64,000 bases of DNA, taken from the human T2T-CHM13v2.0 reference genome, Homo sapiens. Of this stretch, positions 1 to 15,503 are shown piece after piece. Location of the stretch: NCBI RefSeq assembly GCF_009914755.1, contig NC_060927.1. The stretch is one strand, 5' to 3'. The number at the start of each line of letters is the position of its first letter. Position 1 is the first letter of the stretch. The position numbers and the translations under genes are program-made. A model generated the notes under the pieces. That model did no database searches. It saw nothing but the letters and a program-made list of their open reading frames with translations, and had not been told where the DNA came from.

Positions 1-270
1 GTAAGCAACTCTAAAGTAGAATAGAATGCATTAAGCCCCCTCCACACCCCCACCCCACCTCCACAGGTGCAAGTGACGGCCATAGAGCATGAGGAGGGAG
101 TGGTGCTGTCATTCACAAGTGACTTTGGGGGGGAGCTGGCACTCCAGCTGGATCTTAAACAATGACCCAGCTCAAAATCTTTTCTCTGCCCATCCCCACT
201 CCCACTCGCCCCTGCACCAACCTTCTCTGCCCTCTCAAATGCTTCCTTTTTTTCTTACTTGAAATTATAG

Positions 271-510
271 TGTTATCTAACCAAACTGGGGTCTGCTGGC
301 CCAGAGTAGTAAGACCAGATATCCCCACCGAGGTTTGCACCAGAGAAAGGAAGGCATTTATTTGCAGGATGCCAAGCAAGGAGGATCAGGCAGTTAACGT
401 GCAAGTCCCAACCTCCCCAGTGGCTAGCAGGCAAGGGTTTTTAAAGGCCGGGGTAGATTTCAAGAAAGCAGAAGTCATAGGAGATTACATATTGATTTTG
501 GCCTAAAAGC
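271..510 (-). mobile_element. ERV1-class LTR fragment (MER4 group; subfamily uncertain)
   Basis: Begins TGTTATCTAACCAAACTGGGGTC... and contains GGAAGGCATTTATTTGCAGG, resembling the reverse complement of a MER4-group LTR 3' end including the poly(A)-signal region. Confidence 0.55.
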
Positions 511-589
511 ATGACCTAGAAGTTCTCTCAAAGCAGTTCAAGATTTTCTTTTATTTCCGTGCTTGTCCCCCTTCCCCAGCAGACCCCTA

Positions 590-941
<352 letters not shown>

Positions 942-1696
942 AGAAAAAGAACAAAAAAGGCAGGAGCCAGGAGAATAGAGAAAAAAAACAAAGTGTGTTC
1001 AGGGAGACGGGTAAAAAGCTCACACTTCAGGACTCTGGGGCAACAGAAACCCGTTGCAGGTTCCCCTTTTGATGTGTAGTTTGGTGAAGGTCCAGAGGCA
1101 AGGGTATTGGGCATGTAAAACATACTTCTGCCAAGACATTTATGTGCGTATGACTCAAGTCAAGCACAGTCCTTCTTTCTGCCAAGCTGTGGTGCAAGAA
1201 AGAGCTTCCTCTACCCTCATGATACCATAGGGTCTCCCAGCCCAAGGAAGAGGCAATACTTCCTAGGTTATCCCAGCAAATTCAAAGCTAAGAGCTCAGG
1301 TGCATTTGGTTTGGATCATAACATTTCAGGTATGTTGAGAGAACAGGAAAGGACTCACCCTTCGTAAAACAGGAAATAGCATGGATTTTTTTCTTCAATG
1401 TCTCTAATAATCTTCTGTTGTGTTAGGTAAAAGATAGGGTGGAGTAGATCTAAGGGAACCATCCCTCAAGGGTCCAGTCCCACTTTACACCCTTACATAA
1501 CAGCAGAAACCCAAAAGGACCAAAGCATGCAGGGAACAAGCCAGTAGCTTTTTCTACTACCTTATTCATACCCCCTCCTGCTCCCTGGTCCCCTGCCTCT
1601 GGAAGATAACCAGGGCCTGTGTCCCCTCCACTCTCCAAGCTCTCAAACTCTGCCCTCCAGAAAGGCTTGGACTTAATCCTCTGATTACTATCCAGG

Positions 1697-2658
1697 TGTA
1701 AACACCCCCACCCACAAAAAAAAAAATTCTAAGCCCCACAACCAACTAAATGGATGCCTCCTCTCCGCCAAGGGGATTTCAAAGATTAGTTAAAACTAAT
1801 TTTAATTAGTTTTAATTAGATTAAAAACAGTAGTTCAGGCCACAATGGGAAGGGGAGTGGGACAGGCCTCATTATTTTCTCCTGCCTTTGGAATTCAGAC
1901 AGAACCGACCAGCATTAACAGCAAAACAGAGATCTTAAGACTGACATAACAGACTCTTTGTAGAATAAGATAGCGAATTCCAACCTAAGTCTAGCATAGC
2001 ATCATATGACAAATAGCAGGCCCTGAAAGTATCAAAGTATTTTATCCCAAAATATATTTCTTTGACATATTTTGAAATAGCCCTGCAAAGCTGCCTCTTG
2101 TGGGGAAAATCTACATTCTGTAGAAAATCCCCTTCCCTTTCTAGGTCTTTTCCTAATCCAGGAGAGGTTTAACTAAGAGTCTGGCACCTTTAAATTCTGG
2201 TGAGAGACATTTACCATCTATTCTCTCTGAAGCCTGCTACCTGGAAGCTTCATTTATATAACAAGAACCTTGATCTCCACATTCTCTTATCTTAACCCAG
2301 ACACTCCTTTCTATTGATTCCACATTTTTAGACAATAACTTAAGTCTTTCAACCACTTGCCAATCAGAAAATCTTTGACTCCACCTATGACCTGTAAAGC
2401 CCACCCCCACCTCTACTTCAAGTTGTCCCACCTTTTCCTACCAAACCACTGTACACCTTACATGTATTGTTACATGTATTGATTGATGTCTGCCTGTAAC
2501 TTCTGTCCCCCTAAAATGTATAAAATCAAATGCAACCCAACAAACTTGGGCACGTGTTCTCAGTACCTCTTGAGACTGTGCCTCAAGCCATGGTCACTCA
2601 CATTTGGCTCAGAATAAGGCTTCAAATATTTTACAGAGTTTGGCTTTTTTCATCAACA
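1697..2658 (+). mobile_element. MER4-family (MER4D-like) solo LTR, ERV1
   Basis: TGTAAAC...AAAATTCTAAGCCCC start and ...TCATCAACA end; 4-bp TSD CAGG (1693-1696, 2659-2662). It interrupts a MIR-like sequence. Confidence 0.88.
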
Positions 2659-2662
2659 CAGG

Positions 2663-2765
2663 TGTCATTTAATCTCAGTTCCTTGGTTTCCTTACCTGTA
2701 GAATATATACCTTAAAGAAATGTCAAGAGGAATACATGAGACAATGTTTATAAATTCAGTGATAG
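2663..2765 (+). mobile_element. MIR fragment
   Basis: TCATTTAATCTCAGTTCCTTGGTTTCCTTACCTGTAGAAT resembles the MIR core. Confidence 0.55.
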
Positions 2766-3199
2766 ACCGTACTGTATGTCAATGATTTTTAAGTGAGGTG
2801 TCCTGTATACATTTAGGAAATGTTGTCTAGCACACAACCATTCTTTAGTCCCATCTCCACCATCACCTTAGAGTTGCTGTGTTTTATGCTATTATGTAAG
2901 TTAAGCATTAACATGGGTGAAAATGATTTATAAAATGTAAAAACCTATGCAAATGTGATATTGCTAATAGTTTATGTACTGTGAGGTGTTACTCTTCCCA
3001 AGGGATATTTGCATTTTATTTGGAGACAAAAATCTTAAGCTAAAATTGATGCCTAATAAAGTTGGAAATTTACACGCCAGTCTAACATGTTGGGGAAAGA
3101 AAATGCAGGAAGGGTGGATGATCTCCTCAGTGTCCCCTCAAAACATTCTAGGTAGGAAGAGTAAATAGACTTTATAACTCTCTATATATAAAAGCAACA

Positions 3200-3400
3200 C
3201 AGAGTGGCAACACAGGCCCTGGAGGTCTGGAACAGGGCCATGATATATGCAATGAAGAATTAGATACCTTCTGAAAAACAACTCCTGCTTTGCTCTTGAG
3301 CTCCAGGAGGGAAGGAATGCTTGGCCATGGAGCACCAAGAAACCATGAATCCAGAGCTTATCACCATGTGCTTGGTACTATCAGAGCTACCAAATCAGAA
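3200..3400 (+). mobile_element. ERVL-type pol remnant (RT connection region)
   Basis: Degenerate ...EKQLL...HQ..M.PEL....VLS.L P motif; closely parallels 7410-7605. Confidence 0.65.
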
Positions 3401-3521
3401 ACAGAGTTTGTTTCTAGAAAAGGAACTCTGGTCTGTGTGTAAGTAATTAGAGGGTTACTTGGAGAGATAGACGAGTTAGTTGCAGAGACAGATGGGTCCA
3501 AACAATTCCTCATAAAAATAG

Positions 3522-3561
3522 GATGCTACACTTGATCTTAGTCAAAAGGCCAAGAGGTAAT
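3522..3561 (-). pseudogene. 3'-truncated U2 snRNA retropseudogene (first ~40 nt of U2)
   Basis: Reverse complement ATTACCTCTTGGCCTTTTGACTAAGATCAAGTGTAGCATC matches the U2 5' end ATCGCTTCTCGGCCTTTTGGCTAAGATCAAGTGTAGTATC with a few transitions. Confidence 0.92.
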
Positions 3562-3565
3562 TACG

Positions 3566-3725
3566 TTTGTCAATGTAGGTTCATAAGTTATAACAAATGT
3601 ACTACTTTGTAGAGGTGTTGATGGTGTGGGAGGCTGTGCGTTTGCAGGGGCTGAGGGCGTTTGGGAACTCTCTGTACCTTCTGCTCAATTTTGCTTTGAA
3701 CCTTAACTGTTCTAAAAAATAGGCT
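3566..3725 (+). mobile_element. L1MC-type 3' UTR end
   Basis: TGTCAATGTAGGTTCAT...AACAAATGTAC...CTCTGTACCTTC..CTCAATTTTGC..TGAACCT...CTAAAAAAT is a typical L1MC1-like 3' terminus. Confidence 0.8.
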
Positions 3726-5619
3726 TTTTTGTTAGATTTACAAATTAGTCTTTGTGCATCTCAGGCCCCCTTGTATCTCCAGCATCACACCCGTAGGCAC
3801 GCGTGTGCAGGCACCCTCATAATCTCAATCACAGGGTGCTGAGCCTGCTTCCCTCTCAGATTTGCTCTCCCCTCAGGCAATTGGGAAGGGATGATGCACT
3901 TTGAGTTTAAGGATCAGAATAATTCACTATCAAAGCATCCAAATTTTATACCAGAAGTGTAGTCTGGGGAGGCCAGAGAAGAGATGCAGCTGAAAAAGAA
4001 TCACATGACTGGAGAGGGGCAGACCCAGCTGAAATCCATGCCTCCTTATTCCTGCCACCCCACACACCACACTGCAGCCTGGTGGCATCTGGTATTTAGT
4101 CTTGGGTCTAGGGCAAATACGAGTGCCAGCGGAATTAGTCATATAAGCTGTTTGAAGGTGAGGGGCTTCAGTAAATTATGCCTATTTGGAGTTAATGCAG
4201 TACTGATTCCAGCAGATAGCAATGAAGGACTTCCTAATTCCTACACAAGGTTGAGAAACCCAGTATAAGCTCTTAAATCATAAAATGGTTTTTGTTCTGA
4301 TCTAATATAAATAGTTTTGTTCTGATCTAACTTTTTTACAGTATCATTGTTCAGGTACAAGAAAAAAAATAAGGCCCTGGTCCTTCCCTTCTGAATGACA
4401 TTTTTCCCTCTTTGACAATAAAAGATCTGAAATTCAAGTTTATTAATTCATTTGACAAAAATGTGTTCTGCTCTTGTCTGAGCAGGCTCAGAGGAGGCTG
4501 CTGTGGGAGGATATTGAGGACAACAGGACATGATGTCCCATCAGATAAAAACTGAAGAGTCTGGTTTATCCATGCAGATACATTCAAAAACAGTTCAACA
4601 ACCAGATTTTCAAGATAATGGGTTTTTAACAAGACTTGCTTACTTTTGACTCTAAATCTGAAGACTTAACAAAATCATGAAGGTGACTGGATTATGCAAT
4701 TCTCAGATCTGGCTGAGTTTTTTCAAAACCCTCATCCAGATATTTTGAATTACTAGACCAAAATAGGGGCTGAGATATATCTAGTTTTAATCTCCCCAGT
4801 GAATTTCATAAATGTGCTGTCAGGTTTGGGATCTTCTGATGATCTTTGATGTCTCTTCCAATACCAAGGGCCCTTGCTACTGTGAAACACCTTCCAGGGC
4901 AACAGAACCAACTCGTACTGGGCCGCTTATCTGCTCAGCTGAAGCCAGAGCGGAGAGTCATGAGAGTCATGAAAGCAGTATATTTGAAAATAAACATGGG
5001 CTTTTTATTCTGCACATAGATCTTGAAATGTATAATGTATACACATGTGTATACAAACATTAGTAATATATATCAACCAAAGGTGGTAATCAATATGAAG
5101 ATTAGAAAATGCTATCGATGCCATTTCCAAAAGTGATCCACTATTTCAGTCTTTCAGAAACCAACATATGGAGCAAATTAATTTTTGAGGAAACACCAAC
5201 ATTTATCATTATCAAACAGAAATCAACATGACACATAATATTGTTCATCTGTTTCACTTGTAAGCCATGAGAACACTGAGAATTGGCATATATTCCATTT
5301 TCAGAGAGCCAATTTAAGTCCCAACCAGACAGCACAAAGCTCTGTAACTTACATGGAAATATTTATTAAAACAGTCAAGGGTAACACGCTTAAGGATGAA
5401 AGTAACCTACAGATGATACCTTCTTGTCATCTGCTCATAGCCATATTCCCCTGGATCTGTGCTTGTCAATTCAAGATTGCTAAGTTCCAATAAGTTATTT
5501 GTTTGTTTTGATGGAAATACCTGGGATTCTTTTGATAGGGAGCTTGGGACTGTTTGTTTCAGAAATAAAAATAATAATGTACTACTATTAATTATTAGTA
5601 GATTTCTTTTTACATGTAA

Positions 5620-6052
<433 letters not shown>

Positions 6053-6189
6053 AGTACCATTCTGTTGATATTTGCTCTATATTCTTAATTTGTGATAATT
6101 TATTTATTTTTGTTTTGTTGTTTTATGTGAGGCATTTCCTGGTAGACAACTGTTCACAGGCTGTGTCCTCTCCCCAGATTAAACAAAAG

Positions 6190-8190
<2,001 letters not shown>

Positions 8191-9037
8191 TCAGATATTC
8201 TGGATGTCATCAGAACCAGAAAATAATCTGGCCCATGGAAGTTCGACACTGGCCACACCTGACCCACATTGAAATGATTTATTTTTCAAGTGACTGAGAA
8301 CCACAATCATTGTCACAGGTGTTCATTATCCAGCAGATGCTATCTTTTTTATATTAACTGGCAACCTGGAAGCCAGGCAGCTGAGCTACCCTCAAGCTAA
8401 TAGCAATTGATGTTTTTCAGAATCCCAAATCTCTTCAGTTTCTAATATTATCATCTTTATCTGCTGAGGGTATAAGGCTTTTATGTTGGTTCACTGCCCA
8501 TCAAAAACAAAATGAGTTTTGCCAGAAGCCCACAGGCAGCCTAGGATGCACACACATCCCTAGCAATTCACAGGAACAAATGCAAAGCCTCTTCCCATGT
8601 TAATTACATTAAGATGAAGAAGATCTAGCTGCCACTTAAAACAAGAAACTCAAAAAGGAACCTGAAAAGTGGTAAACAAAGAGACTTTATTCGTTTTGTA
8701 AAACGTATTCAGAAAAGGAATTACATTTTAGATAGAAGAAAATAAATGCATAGTCATTTCAATTACACCATTTTTAGGAAACCAGCCCAACACCTACTTT
8801 TATACCATCTAACCAACTTCATTAGGTTTCTGGTTATAACTTTATTTTGCTGCCACCTTTTTGGAATAATCACTTTTCAAACAGAATCATACTGGCATGT
8901 AACACGCTGCTTTGTGACATGGCCCTTACTCCGCTGCAGCACTTTGTGCCAAGTCTGACATGTGCTGCTTCTCCTGGCTAACTCATCTTATCTGAACCTG
9001 ACAGAAACTGAACAAAACCTTTCTGTTTCCTGTCCAG

Positions 9038-9102
9038 GAAGCGGTGCACACCACAAGGCCAAATCATTCTGCTTTCTTAATCCTGCCTTCACTTAGCATA
9101 TG
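9038..9102 (+). other. Candidate internal exon (65 bp), possibly of a lncRNA
   Basis: Acceptor CCTTTCTGTTTCCTGTCCAG| and donor ATG|GTAAGA in non-repetitive sequence. Motif evidence only. Confidence 0.3.
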
Positions 9103-9883
9103 GTAAGAAACAAGACAGCTTTACTGAACTGACTCTGAGCAAAATTGTCAACCAGTTCGAGAGAAATTCATAGCTGAATAGAATCATGGAATTCACCCAG
9201 AATAATCCTTATATTTTGCAAATTGATAGCCTGATTCTTAAGGAATGGATAAGACTTCTTCTGCAAGGCTACTCAGCCACAGAGTAGAAAATACCAGAAG
9301 GAGTGTCATTATAGCAATGCATTCGGCCAAAAAGAAGTCATCAGCTGAATAAGCCAGATTGCCCTAGAAATCCACCCTCCCAATTACTGCATCCCACACA
9401 GCCTTACTTTTTTTCTCTTGTCACTGACTCTCTGCTCTATCTTTGCATCTCCCTAGCTGGTTCCAGTTGTTTCTTCTGGCGTGTGGTATCAGTTAGGGTC
9501 TGGTTAAGAGAAAAGCAATCATGCTAGTATTTTAAAAAGGGGGTATTTAATTCAGCGATTTGGCTGTACTGTTGGTAGAATGCTGAAAGAGCAAAAAACA
9601 GCACACCAAAATAACCCAAAGATTAGAAAATGCAGGAAGCAGCTACAACCCCATGTGAGGGAATGATAAGAAAACAAATGGTGTCACCAGAGTCTCAGAG
9701 AAGAGCTCCTCATGAGGCAGGAGCGCCAGCAGCCATGGCTCCAGCTTTCAGCTGGCAGCTCATGGCTGGTGCCTACATCTATAAAGAAATTGCCACTTGG
9801 TTGTTGCTGGACAAATCATTCCAATAGGAGGTATATACTACTGTTAAAGAAAATAGATTGTGAAAAGAAACCATTTTATAGCA

Positions 9884-10732
9884 TGTATGGAGGAAAAGAT
9901 AACTGTTTTCTCCTTCTATACTCTCAACATTCAACACAGACCATTTCTGGTCATCAAAATATGTGGGTTTTTCCCAAAGCAAGCAATTCTCCAACACCTG
10001 CTGAGTGTCCTACAATTCAATCCAATTCTGACACTAACCAGAATTAGTGCAGACCCTACAGCTTAAAGGCTTAGTTACATAAGACTGCATCCCAAGGTCA
10101 GATGCAAATTGCAACTAGTAGGTTCTCAGGTTACCCACAATTTCTGTCCAACTTGCCTAAAAATCAAAGGTTCCCACGGTCCCCTTCTCAGGTTCAGTCA
10201 TTTCTGGAGCAGCTCACAGAGCTCAGGAAAGCACTTTACTTAAATCACCCCCATTATAAGAAGACACAACTCAGGAACAACCACATGGAAGAGACATGTA
10301 CTACCAAGTATGAGGGAAGGGGTGCGGAGCTTCCAAGCCATCCCCAGCTTACCACCCTCCACGTGTTCAGCAACCCAGAAGCTCTCTGAACCCATCCTTT
10401 TGGGTTTTTACAGAAGCTTCATTACGTAGGTATGATTGATTAAATCATCGGTCATTGGTGATCAACTCAACCTTCAGCCCTTTCCCCTTCCCCAGATGTT
10501 GGGATAGGGGTAGAGGCTGCTGAAAGTGCCAACTATCTCACCACATGGTTGATTCCCCTGGCAACCAGCCCTCCATCCTGAGGCTATCTAGAAGCCTCCA
10601 GGCAACGGTCATCTCAATAACATACAAAAAGAGACTTATCAATTAAGAGATCCCAAGGGCTTTAGGAGTTATGTGCTAGGAAAAGAGACAAAGACCAAAT
10701 ATATATTTCTTATTATAAATCACAATATTGTG
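9884..10732 (-). mobile_element. MER21-family LTR
   Basis: Ends ...GACCAAATATATATTTCTTATTATAAATCACAATATTGTG, the reverse complement of the MER21 start; homologous to 31612-32915; TAGCA on both flanks. Confidence 0.85.
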
Positions 10733-10854
10733 TAGCAACTGAAAGTCTTGTTATGCTAATAAAAGATCATTTTATGTGTTCATTAAAGCCAGACTCTTAA
10801 GGATATATATTAAACAAAATTTTGTAGCCTGGTTCGAATTATCACATGTGATTA

Positions 10855-11178
<324 letters not shown>

Positions 11179-11419
11179 AAAAGTAATTTTCTTTAAAAAA
11201 AATAGTTCTTTAAAAATATTTTGTAATTAAGACTGCTCACTGAGTGAGATTGGACTTTTTTCAATCCCAACTTGTTTGAATTATTCAGGTTCTAGCCAAG
11301 AGCAATAAATCAAAACCACTATATTTATATTTACTGTGTTTGGCATCATCCACCATAAATATATAGTAATTTGACTTATAATTGCTTTTGTCATTGCCTC
11401 AAGTTTTACTAACAGTAAT

Positions 11420-11565
11420 CATTGCTACTATTTATTGAGTCAATTATGAACCAACTAAGTTATAAAAATCTCATTTAATCATGACAACTTTTCCATGAAG
11501 TATCATTATTCCCATTTTGAGATGAAGAAGCAGTTCCAAACATTTCCGTGACTTAAATTCACAGA
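11420..11565 (-). mobile_element. MIR fragment
   Basis: TATTTATTGAG...CTCATTTAATC...ATTATTCCCATTTTGAGATGAAGAAGC is the MIR core in reverse orientation. Confidence 0.7.
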
Positions 11566-11724
11566 TTTTTTTTTCAGGGGTTACTGTATAATTTGTAATA
11601 TTTATCTCTGTCCTTTGTGCTATTAGAGAGACAAAAATGAATTATATAAACAAATAATCCAAAAAACCCATAGCAATAAAAACTATCCAAAATGGAGCAT
11701 AGGAAACATTTTTATTATAGGTGT

Positions 11725-12960
11725 AGCATCTGCATCTGCTAATTCCATCATCTCAGTAGTTTCTGCATCTGTTTCTATTGATTGAATTTTCTCCTGGTTA
11801 TAGCTTTTATTTTTCTGCTTGTTTGCATGCCTGCTGTTACAGGTTGAATTTTGTCCCCCAGAAAAATATGTGTTGAAGTCCTAACCCCTGATACCTCAGA
11901 ATGTGAACTTATTTTGAAATAGGTTTGTTGCAATCCTATTTAGCTGCAAGCTAAGGAACTCCAAGGATTGATGGCCACCAGCAGAGGCTAGGAAGTGGCA
12001 AGGAAGGATTTTACACAGAGTATCAGGGAGCATGGCCCTGCGGACACCTTGATTTCACACTTCTGGCCTCCAGAACTGTAAGATAAATTTCTGTGGTTTT
12101 TAAGCAACCCATTTTGTGGTACTTTGTTACAACAGCCCCAGGAAATAAATATACCTGTCCATTTGGGTTGGATGTTGCACATTGTAAATTTTGTGTTTTG
12201 GGGTGCTGGATTTTGTCATATTCCATTAAGGAGTATTGGACTTTGTTCTAGCATGCAGAACATGTTACTTAGAATTGTTACTTAGAAACAGTTTTCTCCT
12301 TTTGAAACTTGCTTTTAAATTTCATCAGGATGGGTCATAACAACTGTCTAGGGTGAGTTTAGCCCTGCTACTAAGGTAAACACCTTTCTTTGAGTTCTGC
12401 TCTAGGCCCAGATCTTACAGGTTTCCCCCACTCTGGCTAACAGGAATATGAACTATTTCCAGCCCAAAGTGAGCTCCAGAAATCTTTTGCTTTCTGAGGG
12501 TCTTTTTCTGGCCTTGAGTAGTTTCTTCTCACCCCTCCATAGACCAGTACTCAGCCAAAGACTAGAGAAGACCTGTGTGCACTTCTTGGGAACTCTCCAT
12601 ATAGCTCCTTCTTCTCTGGAATTCTGTCCAGCAAATTCTAAGAACCTATTCTCCCAGAATTCCAATTTCCATCTCTTCAACTCCACAAGACTTCTGGAAT
12701 CTGTTTTGGTCTCCCTCTTAGCACTGTAGCCTGAAGTAGCCTTTATATGATAAGCTAGGTCAGTTGCGGGACTCATCTTACTGATTGTTTTAGTCTTACA
12801 AATCACGGTCCTTCACTGCCTCTTATCCAATGCCTGGAAAGCTTCGTTGCATGTATTCTGCAGGGCTTTTCTTTTTTTTAATGTTGGAAAATAAATGAAT
12901 CCAGTTCCTGTTATATCATCAAAGGTGGAAGGAAAGTATGTTGTTTATTTTTTCAGTAAA
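11725..12960 (-). mobile_element. Ancient L1M 5'/ORF1-region fragment, interrupted by an MLT1
   Basis: T-rich decayed sequence typical of old L1M on the minus strand, continuing on both sides of the MLT1 insertion. Confidence 0.55.
11835..12153 (+). mobile_element. MLT1C-like MaLR solo LTR (internally deleted)
   Basis: TGTTACAGGTTGAATTTTGTCCCCC start, CTTCTGGCCTCCAGAACTGT, ...CCCAGGAAATAAATATA end; 5-bp TSD CCTGC/CCTGT. Confidence 0.88.
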
Positions 12961-13609
12961 CAAGAATATGATGTTTTGAAAAGTTACATTTTTTTTCCTT
13001 TGTATCTGGAGGGCACACCTTTCTACTCTACGGTAATGTGTAATATATAATGTGTCCTTTTGGTACCAATAGATTTGCTGTCAAGCCTCCAAGAAAGAGA
13101 AATCTAAAAACTGAAACAGAGCCTGGCAGATCAGACCCAAGGAACCCCAATCTCAATAAACATCTTGTGTCATTGATGACTATTAGATGCAAACTGGTTA
13201 CAGAAACCACATTCTGCTTTTTAAGTGATTTCATCAGCCAAGCAGAATGACAGGCTTCCAAACTAGTCAAGAAGTACAAACCTTGTGATTCCCATCTTTG
13301 AAACAACCTTGGCTTTCTCAGTGCCATGGTGGGCCCTGGGGCAGGATTTGGGAGAGTGAAAACAGAGAGTATTCAGATGACAATTCAAAGCAGATTTCTT
13401 GTGTGATGTGGTGTGTGGTGTGATAATTAGAAACCAGGAAATTCACTTAAGAGTAAATTGGGGAAAAGCACCACTCTCTACTAAACACATGCTAAATTTT
13501 ATAACTTTATAAACTTTATAAACATGCCAAACTTTATAAACATGCATGCCAAACTCTAAAAGCTGAGATTTTAATAGCAATTTATAAATTACAAAACATT
13601 ACCACATGT

Positions 13610-14050
13610 ATTTATTTTCTTCAAACCATCCACAGTCTTCTATTTCTCAGCTGATGATAATTCTATTTTCCATATGCTCAAGCCAAAAGCCTTGGGTTCA
13701 TCATTGGCTCCTCTTTCTCTCTTACACACCCTTCCTATCCAATCCATCAGCAAATCAAGTAAGGTCTAACTATAAAATAGAAGTAGATGCAACCAGTCCT
13801 CAACACCCCCACTGATCTGAGTGACTGTCATCTCTCCCTTGAATTCCTTCAATAGCCTCCTAACTACTGATCCTCCTTCTAATCCAGCTCTCCATGATTA
13901 GTCTCAATATAACAATGAGAATGGTCCTAATATAAGTCAGATCATATCACTCCTCCACTCTGAACACTGCAGTGGCTCCCAATTTCTCTCAGAGGAAAAG
14001 ACAAAGTTCTTATAATAGCCTATAAGACACTACAAGGGCCAACTACCCTT
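13610..14050 (+). mobile_element. L2 fragment
   Basis: GCTCAAGCCAAAAGCCTTGGG..CATCATTGGCTCCTCTTTCTC...CAATCCATCAGCAAATC...TCAGATCATATCACTCCTC are L2 motifs. Confidence 0.8.
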
Positions 14051-15152
14051 TCCTCAAACTTGATTTTCCTTGCTATGATCTACCTTTTTTAAATTCTATA
14101 AATACTCTCACTCTCTACCATTACACCATGTAATTTGGTTATTTCAAACTGCAATCTAGTCTAGCAAGCCAGCAGCATTGCTTGGTAAGATGTTGATACA
14201 CATTCTCTCAATTAATGCATGTGGCAAGAACAAGTATACCCACTGGTGCTAACTAACCTTAGCCTATATGGTCATGTACAACTCTTGTTTTTGGTGGATA
14301 GCAATAATCTATGGAGCAATTTGAGGTTAGTTAGGGTGAGCTACAGCCCCACACTCTTATAACAAAAGCAAAGCTGACATGCATACAGATATGTGTCGAC
14401 CAAACATTAGTAAGCAGCCAAAAACAGCTCTCATAAAATGTGTGAAGCTTCAAAGAGTTCCAACTGCCTGGATCTCTTTTAGGTTTCCTGAGAAGTTCAC
14501 TTGAGGTGGACAAAACAACATTCCAGAGGCAAGATTCTATTAGTTTTGCAAACAGCATCAAGCAACCAGGATCCTCTTAAACCAATGGGACAAGGGATCA
14601 TTTACAGATTGAGCGTAGGGTGTCTTCCCTAAGGACATAGGCTACAGGCTTCCTCAGGTTTTGTACCTTGTTCATGCAAGGGAAAGGGTGCAGCCAATCT
14701 CTATATCTGTACTATTTACATTTCACAAAAGAGAAGCCATTTCTGACATTCATTATATAGTCAACAGGTCCCCATTTTAATCAATAATAACACAGTTCTG
14801 ACATTCAGTTTCCTAATTACCATAGTCTTGGTTTGATCAAGAAACAATAACAAAGCTTATGGTAACATCTGGCATGGGACTACTATATTCTAGTAACTGA
14901 TTACCCCTGTGGTGTGAATTCTTCACTAGCGCAAATCTCTGCCCCTAGATTTAAAGTTTGAAGTAACTAGTACACACCAATTTAACAATATCTGCAGGGA
15001 ATATATTAGATTAGAGATCTTGCAGCACATAGCAGTGAGTTAACAGACACCTTGACAAAAAGTATAGTGCCTCCTGTGTTCACTAGGACAAGCATCAAGG
15101 CAGAGTAATTTTTTAAAAGAATTTTCTTTTTCTCTTTTTTTTCTTTTTACAG

Positions 15153-15262
15153 CCACACTATTGATCAATTCCTGGCATCACATAACATGCATGTGGTAGA
15201 CATCGGAAATCCAATCATGAAGAATTGGAAGGACAGGAATGTCATATCAAAATTTCATAAGT
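15153..15262 (+). other. Candidate internal exon (110 bp)
   Basis: Long polypyrimidine tract TTTTCTTTTTCTCTTTTTTTTCTTTTTACAG| and donor AGT|GTGAGT; one frame is open throughout. Confidence 0.4.
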
Positions 15263-15503
15263 GTGAGTAGTGCCCATCTCCCCACCAAAAACTTTATCTC
15301 TGTGGGCAAAAGTGAAGAAAAAGAAAATGGCCTCTTTACAAAATCAGAAAATTTCTGAGCTAGAACATGTAGAGTAGGGGCAATCAGAATCTCATATGTC
15401 AATTACTGTTATACTTTTTAAATGCCTTTTTCCCTTGGTGTTTTATAACTTGAATGATTCTGTTGTAAATGTAGAATAATTAACTTTTCTGTTTAAAAAA
15501 GTA

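Noticed and set aside
13497-13560. Short tandem duplications (TTTATAAAC units here; also 4288-4330, 21388-21430, 23764-23811) as CRISPR-like or functional arrays
   Set aside because: Two to four adjacent copies without unique spacers; ordinary slippage duplications in eukaryotic DNA.
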